Origin: Raja brachyura
Lineage: Eukaryota
NCBI GenBank assembly: GCA_963514005.1
Contig: OY740804.1
Coordinates: 5,146,001 to 5,210,000 of the forward strand
Direction: 5' to 3'
DNA: 64,000 nucleotides
A program made the position numbers and the translations under genes. The notes below the pieces were generated by a model. That model saw nothing but the letters and a program-made list of their open reading frames with translations, searched no databases and had not been told where the DNA came from. Of this stretch, positions 13,015-26,700 are shown piece after piece (position 1 is the stretch's first letter; each line of letters starts with the position of its first letter).

Positions 13015-14539
13015 GTTTAAGGTGAGAGGGGAAAGGTTTAAAAGATACCCGAGTGGCAACTTTTTCACTCAAGGGGTGGTAGGTTACATCAAACGAGCTT
13101 CCAGAGGAGGTAGTTGAGGCAGGTACTAAAACAACATTTAAAAGACACTTGGACAGGTACATGGACAGGGCAGATTTAGAGGGAAATGGACCAAACACAA
13201 GCAAATTGGACTCGCTTCGATGGGGCATCATTGGCAAGTTGGGTGAAAGGGCTGTTTCTGTTCTCTAGGATTCTCGCACTCTTGAGTCGTGAGCACTCTG
13301 TTTTGTCTGCTCAAAGCGGATTATCATCAGGCGGGATATAGACAACGTTTGTAGCCTCTCCATACCTCTTAATTACAACCTTTTGTATTGCAGAGATCGC
13401 TTGGATCCTTGTGGAAATCTGTCTTGTTTAGTCATGTGATTGAACTTTGATTCCTTCCTGCTGCCCCTGATATTATATTATGGTGTAAAACCACGTGACA
13501 AATAGGGATGACCAAGCGTGTGCTTGGCTGCCACTCTTGCGTGAGAGAAAAACGAGGAAGGATTATGTCTAAGCCTTTCCTGTAGACCAGGAGTACTGCA
13601 ATAGTGTGTATGAGTCAAGCGTGGAGTAGATGTCTCGGTTTATTCTCACGTGTACTGAGATACAGTGGGGAAAAACGTTGTTTCCTTTCTCATTTTTCCC
13701 TCAAGTAGAATAGTTCATAAGTTCTATATAGTTCAATAGTTCAAGTCCACGCCGCCATTCAATCAACCGGGTTCGGTTCTGACTGTGGGTACTGTCTGAA
13801 CGGAGGGTTACACAAAAAGCTGGAGAAACTCAGCGGGTGCAGCGAAGGAGATAGGCGACGTTTTGGGTCGAGACCCTTCTTCAGACTGCTGTCTGAACGG
13901 AGTTTGCTTGTTCTCCCTATGTCACACACAGCAGTCGTCATTATTCTCTTTGTATCTTCTTTTCTACAGAATTTTATCCACGAGTTATATCGCTGTTTAC
14001 TATAATATATTAAAAAAACGTTTTGGTAAATACTCTTCTTTGTCAAAGTTATGCCTGAGATTTAAAGCAGGAAGTGAGTTATCAATCAGACAATTATCTT
14101 TTCATGATTTTGTTATGTTGCATTGTTGTTTTCATGTGGGTTTCCTCCGGGTGCTCCGGTTTCCGTCCCACACTCCAAAGACGTGCGGGTTTGGTTTATG
14201 CGTAAACATTATCCCGAGTGTGTGGCATAGAACAAGTGTCCAAAGATGATCCATGCTCGGTGTGGATCTGGTGGGCTGAAGGACCTGTTTCCACACTATA
14301 TCTAAAACTAGAAAGCCAAGCAGAGATTACAATCCAGGCAAACTTCAGTGATCTCTAGATCTTGGAAAAACTTATTTTTGCTTGTAATAATTTCTTAAGA
14401 ACTATGTTGAAATGTGAACGGGGTGATCAGTGGATGACGTGGACTCGATGGGTCAAAGGGCCTGTTTCCATGTTGCAAATGTAAATGTTTACGAGAATGG
14501 CGTTAGCTTGGGATGTTTATGGAAGCTGGAGCAATTACA

Positions 14540-14719
14540 CTAAGATCGGAACACCAGAGCAGAATATTCCACCGATTCTGACGAATGGATCTTGACGTCT
14601 TCATTTTGCTCTTTTAGATCCTTAAGATTGGAATAAATTGCAGGGCTTGCTGCGGTCTGAGCTGACGACTGAATGGTCACGGTGGAATATGCAACCGTAT
14701 CTTCAGTTTCTCCTTCAGA
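14540..14719 (-). CDS. Gene A terminal exon, ITIM-bearing tail
   Basis: Acceptor TTTTTTTGTTTCAG; encodes SEGETEDTVAYSTVTIQ...PAIYSNL...SVEYSALVFRS*. VAYSTV and VEYSAL fit the (I/V/L/S)xYxx(L/V) consensus. Confidence 0.85.
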   Translation of the reverse strand, partial: SEGETEDTVAYSTVTIQSSAQTAASPAIYSNLKDLKEQNEDVKIHSSESVEYSALVFRS

Positions 14720-17700
14720 CTGAAACAAAAAAAGTCAGTTAGATGTTTAAGGACAAAAGCAAAATACTGTGGAAATCTGAGAATAAGGGTGGCGCAGCGG
14801 TAGAGTTGCTGCCTCACAGCGCCAGAGACCCAGGTTCAATCCCGACTACGGGCGCTGTCTGTACGGAGTTTGTACATTCTCCCGGTGAGCCGCGTGGGTT
14901 TTCTCCAAGATCTTCGGTTTCCTCCCACACTCCAAAGACGTACAGGTTTGTATGTTAATTGGTTTGGTATAAATATAAAATTGTTCCCATTGTGTGTAGG
15001 GCCGTGTTCAATGTGCAGGAATCGCTGGTCTGCACGGGCTCGGTGGGCCGAAGGGCCTGTTTCTGCGGTGTATCTCTAAATAAACTAACTGCAGGAAATG
15101 CTCAACAGGTCAGGCAGCAAACGTAGAGAGGGAAACTGAATCAAAGGGCAGTGTTTTGTTGTAATTTGTTAAAGAAAATGACACAAAGTGCTGGATTAAC
15201 TCAGCGGGTCAGGCAGCATCTCTGGAGAATATGAATCGGTCAGGACCCTGCTTCAGACTCACAGGTCCCGACCTGAAATGTCACCGATCCATGTTCTCCA
15301 GAAATGCTGCCTGACCGGCTGAGCTACTCCAGCACTCTGTCTGGTTCTGTAAATCAGACTCTACAGTTCAACACGTGTAAGGAAGAGATGTATCCTGTTC
15401 AGAATTTGAGGAGAGAAATAATACAGAATGGTTTCATACAGTTTACATTCTTACCTTGGCTGTGGTGGGAGTTTCTGAGTTTTTGCAACCATCTGCAAAG
15501 AAGGTAACAGCATGTAATTTAGAATAACAATAGTTCTCATATTTCCCCGAGTAGCAGAAAAACATTGAACAGTACAGTACAGGAAACGGGCCCTTCGGCC
15601 CACATTGTCTATACCCGACATGGTGCCAGGTTAAACTAATCCCCTCGGCCTTCAAGTGATCCACATCCCTCCATTCCCAGCATATCCATGTGCCTATCTA
15701 AAAGCCTCGTAAATGCCGCTATCGTATCTGCCTCCACCACCACCCCTCGCAGCACGTTCCAGGAGTCTCCGACTCTCCCCGCACTTGCCCCGCACGTCTC
15801 CTTTAAATTTTGCCCCGCAGTGCTGGCCATAAAGCTATGGTAGAGTTGCTGCCTCACAGTGCCAGAAACCCGAGTTCGATCCTGACTACGGGTGGTGTCT
15901 GTGTGGAGTTTGTACCTTCTCCCTGTAACCATGTGGATTTTCTACGGGTGCTCCGGTTTCCACCCACACTCCAAAGATGTACAAGTTTGTAGGTTAATTG
16001 GCTCCTGTAATATTGTACATTGTCCCTGGTGTGTAGATACTGCTCGTGTACCGGGGTGATCGCCGGTTGGCGCGGATTCAATGGGCCAAAGGGCCTGTTT
16101 CCATGCTGTATCTATACCTCCCACATTACAAAGTTGTGCAGGTTTGTTGGTGAATTGGCTTCTGTAAATTGTCCCTAATGTGTAGGATAGAACTAGTGTA
16201 TGGGTGAGTGTTGATCGATGTGGACCCGGTGGGCCAAGGGCCCTGTTTGCACACTGTTTCTCTTAAAAATAAATACTGTAGCTCTGGGGAACAAGGAGAT
16301 GGTAGAGGTCTTGATGGAGGTGGTTGGAAGCAGGTTTGTTCCGCTTGTGATGAGGTGTCAACCGCAGCACACATCTCAGTTCCCCACTCTCTTCCGCACT
16401 CATGCTCCCCCCTCCCCCCTCCCACTAACCAACCGACAACCTTACCAGAAGCTGCAACCACATGTTACTTTCCTGTCTTAGCAACCGAGCACCACTTCCT
16501 TTTCACTGTCAAACACTGAGGAGACGCTCGTGGTTGTGGGTTCAAGACCCACCACTGAAACCTGACTCTTCACACTGAGAGTCAGGGGAGAGGGAAACGA
16601 GAGATATGAAAAGGTACATAGAATGAATGATAGAAAGCCACGTAAAAAGACAGATCAAAGCCAGCACCGATGGTCAAGGAAATGTGGAGCCCACAATGGT
16701 TTATTGTTGGCTGTGGGGAAGGTGTTAATGAGAGGGAATCTTATTGAAATGTATAAAGGGCATGTCCTACAAGCATGCAACTCTATGCGATTAGCGTGAC
16801 CTAACGTGGTCGCTTGAGCCGTCCGGCGTCGCGGGGCCGGTCCCACTTCAATCGCTGGAGCCGTGCGGAATTGTGCAGAGTTCGTTCCGATATCGCGCGG
16901 GGCAAAACTGAATATGTTCGAAAATTCCGCGCGGCGACGGCTTGTCGGATCGCAGTCGCCTCGACGCATTACACACCGCCCCGACATCGTGCCTCCGTGA
17001 CCCTAACTGTAGGTGCCTCCGTGACCCTCTATGTGTGTGGCTCCATGGCCCTGTGTGTGTGTGTGCGCCTCTGTGCCCCTCTCTGTGTGCCCCTCTCTGT
17101 CCTGGCGAACTTACCTTAGACTTCGCTCCAAGTTCGCCTCACTTTGCGCCGCGTTGCGCCACTCACCCGACCTCCGCGCGGCCCCTGCTGCCGGTTTGGT
17201 CGCGCTTACCGCATGCAGGCACATGCTGGTGGGAACGGCCCTGTACAAGGGATCACCCAACCTCCGCACGGCCCCCGCTTCTAGTTTGACTGTGTTCATC
17301 GCATAGAGTTGCATGCTTGTAGGACAGGCCCTTAAGATTATTAAGGGTTTGGACAAGCAAGGGCAGGAAACATGTTCCCGATGTTGGGGGAGTCCAGAAC
17401 CAAGGGCCACATTTTAAGACTAAGGGTTAAGCCATTTAGAACAGAGATGAGGAAACACATTTTCACACAGAGAGTTGTGAGTCTGTGGAATTTCATTTTT
17501 GAGTCACGTGAGTGACTTCGTGAAGAGCCCGCCGGCGCGCATGCTCGACATATCGTCGTATCGCGTTGCTGCGACGGCTGGCGGTGGAGCGCGCTCCTTG
17601 CCAGCCCTTCATAAGGGAACCACTGAGGTAAGTATCCTACCTTAAGTTGGTGGTCCTTGTTGTATTGATTTGTTTCTTGCAGCAAGGACATGGATGGGAG

Positions 17701-20700
17701 TTCCAAGGGCCGGAGGACGTCTGGACGAGGTCGCCGGTCAGCAGTCCCGGAGCCATTGATATCGGCGGTACCTGCAACGCAGGCCGGGACACAGGCGGGA
17801 ATATCGGTAAGCCCTGTGTTTACAGGTCCGGATCCGCCAGCACACCACAGTTCGGAGGAGTTCGACGAGGAGGAGTGTGGTGTGCCGCCAGAGCAGGAGG
17901 ATCCTGCCATGGCAGTCAGGTCGTCAGCAGGCTTGCTGGCGACCTCGAGCAGAGGGGTGCGTGCAGCTGCACGGCCCTTTTCACTCAGCCCTCCGAGTAG
18001 GGGAAGGGCAGGAGCCCGGAAGCCTAACCCTGTCGGGGCTTAGGCTTTGCCTGCCGCCGAGGAGCGGTCAGGTTCCAGGGAGGGACCCGGGGCGGCTGTG
18101 AGGTCCAGTCGATGCCCCCCAACTCTCGACGCCGGGACGGGTCAGTTCGGTCGGGTCTCGTCACGGTCGCCGAGTCCCCCATGGATGGGTGGGCGAGACC
18201 ATGCGTCGGCGAGGTCCACGACGTGGGCAGCCGGCAAGCCCGCGCGGGCATCAGGTATCCATGCTACGGCTGGTGCCGACACCACGCCGCAAGTGCCCTT
18301 AGTGGCAGCGGCTTCAGCTCCCGCTAAACGGAGGTGGTTGAACACAGCCGCGCGGGAATCGCGCAGTTTCGCTTCAGCGGCTGTTAGCGACGACTACCGG
18401 CACCGGGTGGGCCTCGATGAGGTGCGGGCCGATGATAGGGGCCCCGGCAATTTCTCAGAGCCGGAGGACTCCGACCACCCGAGTGTTCAGGGTGAAGGGC
18501 GTATTGACCGTATGGAGCGGCTGCTGGAGCTCCTGCTTCACGGTCAACAGCAGCAAGCGTCCAGCAGCGACAGGCACAGGGCTGTTTCACCAACTTCCAC
18601 CATCAGCCTGGAGCAGCAGGATGAGGAGGTTTTGGTTGATCCCATACCACCTCCGTCAGATTTACCAGCGGAGGAACTTCTCGATGTGGCCACTAAGTTC
18701 GCGGCCCCACACACATCTGGGCTTCCCCTGAACTCGAAATTGGCAGCCACAGTGGACTTCCTCAACAACCATCAGCTCCAGGAAGAAGTTCTCATTCAGG
18801 CCATGAGCCGTCACAAGGCTCCATCCAACTGCAACTCCCTCAACGTGCCTGTGGTCAATACGCCGATATGGGGCAACATCAGTGCGGCTATCCGTCAACA
18901 GGAGCTGAAACTTCAGCGGATTCTGAAGCTCCTCACGGCCGGTATTACCGCCTTTGTGCGGTCGGTTGATGGGGATGAATTAAATTTGGATCAGGAGGAT
19001 GCTCTGGCTCTATTGTGCGTAACTCAACATGAGATCAATGGGTTTCCGCAAAAGCAGCATCCGCCCGGCGCTCAACCCTAAGTTTGCAGGGTTGTGCAAA
19101 CCACCGCCGCCGCCGCCGCCCCGTCAGCTCTTTGGAGAAGATCTCTCGAAGAGGGTCAAAGAGCTTGACGAACAAGCCAAAACGGTGGGACTCATGCGCT
19201 CTCACAGTGCCCCCACGCCGTCGGGCTCGAAAGCTCCACTTGTTCGTCCATGAGGGTCTGCCAGCACCTCTACAAGGACCTACCCTCCAGCTCCACCCCG
19301 TTACCAACAGCCCCAGCAGCAGGGGGCTTTTTTAGGACAAGGTCGGCAGAAACCCTGGTGGAAGATGAGGACGCCGCGCCCTCAAGCCAACCCAGCACCT
19401 CCACGTCCACCCACACGTGTCAAGGACCGCCAGTAACCACGGAGGTGAGGCGGTCTGGTTCTCTCTTTTCTCTTTGTCTAACCTCACATGTTGGTGGGCG
19501 CCTTCGGTTCTTTTTGGGTGCATGGGGTGATATTACTGGTGACGAGTATGTGTTACAAAATATTCAGGGTCATAAAATTGAGTTTCTTAATGGGGACATT
19601 CCTCCATCCCAGCACAGGCCTGGTCGAACATTTACACTGTCTGCTGCAGAACAGGCAGCAGGCTATAAGGAAATTTTGAGGCTAGAACAGAAGGGAGTGA
19701 TAGAGAAAACGGTTCATGAGCCAGTTGAATTTGTTTCTAATATATTCACTCGACCAAAGAAGGATGGAGGCTGTCGAGTCATTATTGACCTGACTCGTTT
19801 AAATACTTTTGTAACATATACTCATTTCAAAATGGACACTTTTGAAACAGCCAAATCATTGATTTCACATGGTTGCTTTATGGCATGCATTGATTTACAA
19901 GATGCGTACTATTCTGTATCCATTCAAAAATATTATAGGAGGTTTCTGAAATTTATCTGGATGGGTCAACTCTGGCAATATAGGGCTTTGCCAAACGGGC
20001 TTACCACAGCCCCTAGATTATTCACTAAATTGGTGAAACCAATTATGGCTTATTTACGACAACGACACCATATAGCAATGGCCTATTTAGATGATATCTT
20101 AATTGTCGGCCACACCCTGGAATTGGCTGAACAGGGAGTTGCAGCTGCTGTCAATATATTTCAGCAGCTGGGGTTTATTGTCCATCCAGCAAAATCAAAG
20201 TTCTGCCCTTCCCAGGTAATACATTATCTGGGGTTTACGGTGGACTCTATTCGCATGAGGGTCACCATACCAACTAATAAGGTTGAGGAGGTCACCCAGG
20301 TGTGTCAAGGTTTAATCTGCGCTAGTATACCATCGATTCGACATACAGCTACAGCAATTTCCAAACTTGTAGCATTGTTTCCGGCAGCCCGATATGGGCC
20401 TTTACATTATCAGAATTTGCAAAGAGCCAAGATAGCTGCGTTAAAACAGCACGCTGGTCATTATGATCGACCAATGCAGCTGCCGCCCGAAGCGAAGGAT
20501 GAGTTACGATGGTGGATGCGTCACATTAGTAACTCATTTAAGCCTATTATTGAGGCTAATCTGGTGGTATACTTGCAAACTGATGCGAGCTCTTATGGCT
20601 GGGGAGCTACGGATCATTACTCTAGTTGCGGGGGCAGATGGGATACCCTTGAGGCTACTATGTTGTTGTCACAAGGGATAAACTATTTGCAGCTACTTGC

Positions 20701-23700
20701 AGCATTCCACGGACTTCGTGCTTATTGTTCCAAGCTTTTTGGAGCACATGTCCGTCTCCAAATAGACAACACCACAGCGGTGGCATATTTAAACCATATG
20801 GGCGGTACCAGGTCAGTTTCGTGTGATAAATTGGCTAACTCAATTTGGCTCTGGTGTGTTCAAAGAGACATTTGGATTTCAGCTACCTATTTGCCAGGTG
20901 AGCTTAATACTGTGGCGGACACCAGGTCACGCAAGTTTAATGACAATATTGAATGGATGTTGCATCCTGAAATTTTTGCCAAAGTCACAGCCAAATTTGG
21001 GAAACCGGATATTGACCTTTTTTGCGTCACGGTTGAACCATCAGGTACCAACATACGTCTCGTGGGAACCAGATCCTGGGGCTATGGCGCTAGATGCATT
21101 CTCGCTGGACTGGGGGAATTGTTTTTTCTATGCATTCCCCCCGTTCTGCCTCATCAGTCGGGTATTACGAAAGGTTCAGATGGATGCAGCCAAGGGCATC
21201 CTTATTATACCTGACTGGCCTACACAGCCGTGGTATCCGGTGGTCTTTGACATGCTCAGTGAGCCTTGGGTCCTTTTGAAGGGTTGCCCAGAATTGGTTA
21301 CTCACCCTGTCTCAGGGGAGCCACATCCCTGCCATGGCTATTTAAATTTGTTGGCTTGCAGGTTTTGAACAGGCCGTTAGTCCAATACGGCCTTTCAACT
21401 CGGACCATGGATACCATTGGGGCGTCGTGTCGAGAGTCAACAAGGCGAAGATACCGCTCACATATCAAGAAGTGGGAAGCCTACTGCAGCCGCTCTCGCA
21501 TCACGTACGATGACGTGACTATAACCGACGTCCTGGAATTCCTTGCGGGGTTGCACCATGATGAACACTTAAGTTACAGTGCCATCAACAGCGCCAGGAG
21601 CGCGCTGTCATTCTACCTCAAGATTGAGGTGGGATCCAACAGGCTAGTGTCCAGATTCATGCGGGGTATATTCAATATGAATCCGCCTACACCACGCTAC
21701 AATATCACCTGGGATGTCAGGGACGTATTAACCCTGCTCAGGTCTCCCATGGAAGGGCTCCAGCTGGACAAACTCACCATGAAGCTGGTGATGTTACTAG
21801 CGCTGACTTCAGCACAGAGGGTACAGACACTGCATAAACTACGTGTCGACAGAATGATGTCTACCCCTACAGAAGTAGTCTTCTTTGTTGATGAGCTACT
21901 AAAGCAGCATAGACCTGGGTGCACAGGGCTGTAGCTGAAGTTCCCGGCATACCCCGCAGATGCTAGGCTGTGTTTAGCCTCACATATCCGTCACTATGTC
22001 AAGGTGACGGCATGCATCAGAGGAATGGAGAGATACCTGCTTGTCACTCATAAGAGACCTCGTCATCGAGTGACAGTCCAGACGATATCCAGGTGGCTCC
22101 GGGTCGTCTTGGGTAAGTCAGGTATCGACACTAATGTGTTCAAGTCTCATTCCACCAGGGCTGCATCGACGTCAGCGGCGAGGATTATGGAGGTGCCTAT
22201 GGACCATATTCTCGCCACAGCAGGATGGGCCAATGAAGCTGTGTTTCAGCGATTTTATAACAAGCCTGTTGCTGCTCCTCTACAGTTCGCGGAAGCCTTG
22301 CTGAATGCAGGTCAAGAACGTGGAGGTGTCCCTGCATGAGGGGTTTTTGATTTGTTGTTAATAAATATGCTCTTGTTTTGCAGTATGAACTATTTGAGCA
22401 AGTTTGTTCCTCCCATCCATCCCTGCTAGTGGTGTGTCAGCATGGACGTGGTCCAGGGCGTGTAATCACAGAAGCTTTGAAGTCACTCACGTGACTCCGA
22501 AATGAAATAGTAAGATTGAATGAGAACTTACCAGTTCGAAGGTTGATCGTTATTTCATGAGGAGTCGCGGTGAGGGATTTCGTGCCCTCCACGCCCAACC
22601 CTCAATCACCTTCACCTGGTAATTTGAGTCTCTTTCATCTTACTATGCCAAGTCATTTCTGTTACTGGTTTCTGTGATTCCACACCGCTACTTTGAAGAA
22701 TGTCGAGCATGCGCGCCGGCGGGCTCTTCACGAAATCCCTCACCGCGACTCCTCATGAAATAACGATCAACCTTCGAACTGGTAAGTTCTCGTTCAATCT
22801 TACTATTCTCTGCCTCAGAAGGTGGTGGAGGCAGGTTCTCTGTGTATGAGGAACAGCAATCGCAAGTTAGAGATTGTGTAAGTATGTACAAATGTTTTGT
22901 AATGAAACATCTACAGATGACATGGGAGATGTTGTAAGCATACAATAAAGTACACTTGGCTTCTGATTACCTGGTGAGCCCAAGATCTTCCCGACTTTGT
23001 CGAAGGTGGTTTTACGGATGGACGTAGAACACAGAACAGCACAGGAACAGGCCCTTCGGCCCACATTGTCCATGCCAAACATGAGGCAAAATTAAACTGA
23101 TCTCATCTGCCTGCACATAGTCCACTGTCCCTCCACACCCTGCATATCTATGTGCCTATCTTATACTTGTACTGAAATGTATACAAAAATGAATTTCACT
23201 GTACCTCGTTACATGACAAATAAAGTACCATACCATACTATCTAAAAGCCTCAGTGGGCCGAAGGGCCTCCATCTCCAAAGTCTAAAGCAAAGAGTGCAC
23301 AGCGGTAGAAGGTGCACAGGTCTGTTGGTTAATAAGCTTGGTAAAATAACAAATTGTCCCTAGTGTGTGTAGGATAGTGCCAGTGTAAGTGGATGGATTA
23401 TTGGTGCAGACCCAGTGGGCCGAAGGGCATATTTCCTCACTGTATCCCTAATCTAAACTAAACTAAACCTCACACTGAGGATAATTTACAGAAATGTATT
23501 GCAATTGAAGCCTCTTTTAAGTCCTTCAACATGTTTATTGGCATTTTCACTGACGCTGTAACACCATATTATTTTATGCACAACCTGATGTAGAAGATAG
23601 GCACAAAATGCTGGAGTAACTCAGTGGGACGGGCAGCATCTATGGAGAGAAGGAATGGGTGACGTTTTGTGTCGCGACCCTTCTTCAGATGGGACGAAAC

Positions 23701-26700
23701 ATCCGACTCGAAACATCACCCATCCTTCTCTCCAGAGATGCTGCCTGTCCCGTTGAGTTACTCCAGCTTTTTGAGTTTATCTTCAGTGTAAACCAGCATC
23801 TGCAGTTCCTTCCTACACATACTCGTGCCCAGTGTGATTTGACTGGGTGGCATGCAAAACAACGTTTTTTCACTTTACGACAATAATAAATCCATACGCA
23901 GTTACTGTTCTATTATCATTTTAACTGCAGAAGAAATATTTTGTTGGCTACTTACTTTCTTGAGGGATAGTTTCTGACTGTTTCCTCTTCTTTACAAGTA
24001 GAACTATCGGTAGTACAATCAATAGTCCCAACACGAGTGGAAGTATAATGTGCCATATCTGTGGGGTGCCGCTATTAAAACATGATGGAGAAACATTCAA
24101 TGAGACAAGGAAAAATATATAAAACTAAATTGAACTAGAATGAGGAAGGACACAAAGTGCTGGAATAGCTCAGCAGGTCAGGGCAGCATCCCTGGAGAAT
24201 GTGGAACAGGTGATGTTTCGGGTCGAGACCTTTCTTCAGATCAAAGAAGGGTGTCGACCCGAAACGTGAATCTGAAGAACGTCACCTATCCATGTTCTCT
24301 AGCGATGCTGCCTGACCCGTTGAGTTACTCCAGCACTTTGTATCCCTTTCTGTATTAACCAACTTCTGCAGTTCTTTGTGTTGACAAACTAGAATGTGGT
24401 TGAAACTGGAAGCAAGATGCGAGGAACTGCAGATGCTGGTTTAGATTAAGAGACGGTGTGGCACAATGGCGCAGCGCCAGAGACCCGGGTTCGGAGTTTG
24501 TGCGTTGCCCCCGTGACCTGCGTGGGTTTTCTCCGAGATCCTCGGTTTCCTCCCACACTCCAAAGAGGTGCATAAATGCCTTGGCTTGGTATAAATGTAA
24601 CTTGTCCCTGGTATGTGTAGGATACGTAACCCCTGTCCCACGGTACGACTTCATTCCAAAAGTTCTCCCGAGTTTGCCGACGTTCCCGCTACGTTCATTC
24701 TCCGTGCTTACCACAAGTTTGATTTTTTAAACTCGGGAGAGCTCTTGGGATGAACCCGTACCGTGGGACAGGGCTAGTGTGCGGGGATCGCTGGTCCATG
24801 CGGACTCGGTGGCCGAAGGGCCTGTTTCAGCTCTATATCTAGACAAAACTAAACTAAACATGACGTATTGAACCAATACCAACAACAATCAGTAAATAAT
24901 TATTAGATTGAGGATGACTGCAGAAATCTTACCTTGCTTTGTTGCTTGGTACCTCTGCTTTTGTTATTGTTCCTGAGGTGGGATTTTAAAATAAACATAT
25001 TATACCAATTCATATCAATTGCAACACAACATAACTTAATCTCAAGGAACTGCAGATGCTGCAAATTGCCCTTTAGTCTGTAAGGAGTATATTCAAAAAT
25101 GGGATAACATAAATCTAGTGTGAATGGATGATGGATGGTTGGCATGGACTAGATGGGCTGAAGAGCCTGTTTCTATGTTGCATCTTTCAATTCAATTAAT
25201 ATGTATATTAACAAGAGGTTCAGAATGTCTGTCTAAGAGTAATAAACATATGTGAAATATTTAGTAATAAATTCCACAGGACAAGGTTTAGGGAAAGCTT
25301 TGAAGATATGAGGTTGGGGGAGATGAGAAGAATTAGAAGGCTGTGGAGGCCAAGTCAATGGATATTGTTAAGGCAGAGATTGATAGATTCTTCATTAGTA
25401 CGTGAGTAAGGGGTTATGGGGAGAAGGCAGGAGACTGGGGTTGAGAGGGAAAGATAGATCAGCCATGATTGAATGGCGGAGTAGACTTGATGGGCCGAAT
25501 GGCCTAATTCTGCTCCAACAACCTACCAGAATGGAGAGAGATATGTGGAATATAATATCAGTAAAGACTGTTTGCATGCTGAATTTCTACATAAATGTTG
25601 AATCACAGTAATCTTATGTTGATTTATACCTTTAAACATCACGGTTTTAACCTGTGAGATCTCAAAGTCGACTGGTGTCCTGGCCCCACACCAATATTCC
25701 CCCACATCTCCTTCATCAGTGTGCCTGATCGTGACAGCAAAGTTGTTGAATTTGTTCCCACTGATTGATAATTTGCTGCTGTTGTAGTGTTGAGGCGTCG
25801 CTATGATGCTGCAACTATTCACAGAGACGGCTTTACACAAGAATTTCTCATATTCTTCAAATTGCACCTTGTACTGGCAATGTATAGTGGTGGCATTGCC
25901 CATTATGCCCTTGACTGTGGTACGGTTTAGTATCCGTGAATCTGCTGTAATGGAAACAAAATGAGGCTATGAGAGATCAGAGATGCTGACTGTTGACTTT
26001 AGTGGGGAAGAGCCAAGGATGCACAAACCTTAGTTTAGAGATACAGCCCACCGAGTCTGCACCGACCAGCGATCCCCGCACATTAACACTTTCCTACACA
26101 CACTAGGGATGAGTTATAATTTTACTGAAGCCAATTAACCTACAAACCTTGGAGTGTGGGAGGAAACCGGAGCACCCGGGGAAAACCCACGAAGGCCACG
26201 GGGAGAACGTACAAACTCCGTACAGACAGCACCCGTGGTCAGGATCGAACCCGGGTCTCTGGGGCTGGAAGGCGGAACTCTTCCGCTGTGCCACGGGGTG
26301 GCACCCTCATTAATGGGATGCTGAAGATGGAGAGATAACGAGGTGAAATCAAACGTAGACTCGGTGACCGTTTTGCCGAACACTTGTGCTCGGTCCGCCA
26401 AGGCCTACAGGATCTCCCACTTGTCAACCATTTCAACTCCCCTTCCCATTCCCACATTGATCTTTCTGTCCTGGGCCTCCTCCATTATCAGAGAGAGGCC
26501 CTGGGCAAATTGGAGGAACAGCACTTCATATTTTGCTTGGTTCGCTTACAACCCAGCGGTATGAATGTTGAATTCCCTAATTTTAAATAACTTCCACTAA
26601 CACTCCACTCTCCTCCCCCCCTTGCCCCCTTCCACCCTAGTTCCACCAGCTCTTCCCCATCTCCAAACGTACAGTCTGAGGAATTGCCCTGACCCGCAGC

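Larger units (their letters stand above)
17490..22804 (+). mobile_element. DIRS retrotransposon copy 3, full length and nearly intact, antisense in gene A intron 5
   Basis: ITRs 17517-17551 and 22700-22734; ICR 22479-22584 is complementary to both termini. It is inserted at ATT in a CR1 fragment (CTGTGGA-ATT-CTCTGCCTCAG), with ATT at 17490-17492 and 22805-22807. Confidence 0.95.

Noticed and set aside
16655-17410. Many overlapping GC-rich ORFs (also 45413-46021)
   Set aside because: They lie inside non-coding Harbinger-type MITEs and show no domain motifs.
19250-19253. ATGA stop/start overlap between DIRS gag and pol suggesting reinitiation
   Set aside because: Comparison with the other copies suggests gag normally continues further, so the overlap probably results from frameshift decay.
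22971-23024. Possible extra cytoplasmic exon of gene A ending CCAG|GTAATC; another candidate acceptor at ~23555
   Set aside because: The first has no AG acceptor (it abuts a repeat tail) and the second's donor lies in SINE sequence. The gene model is already in frame without them.
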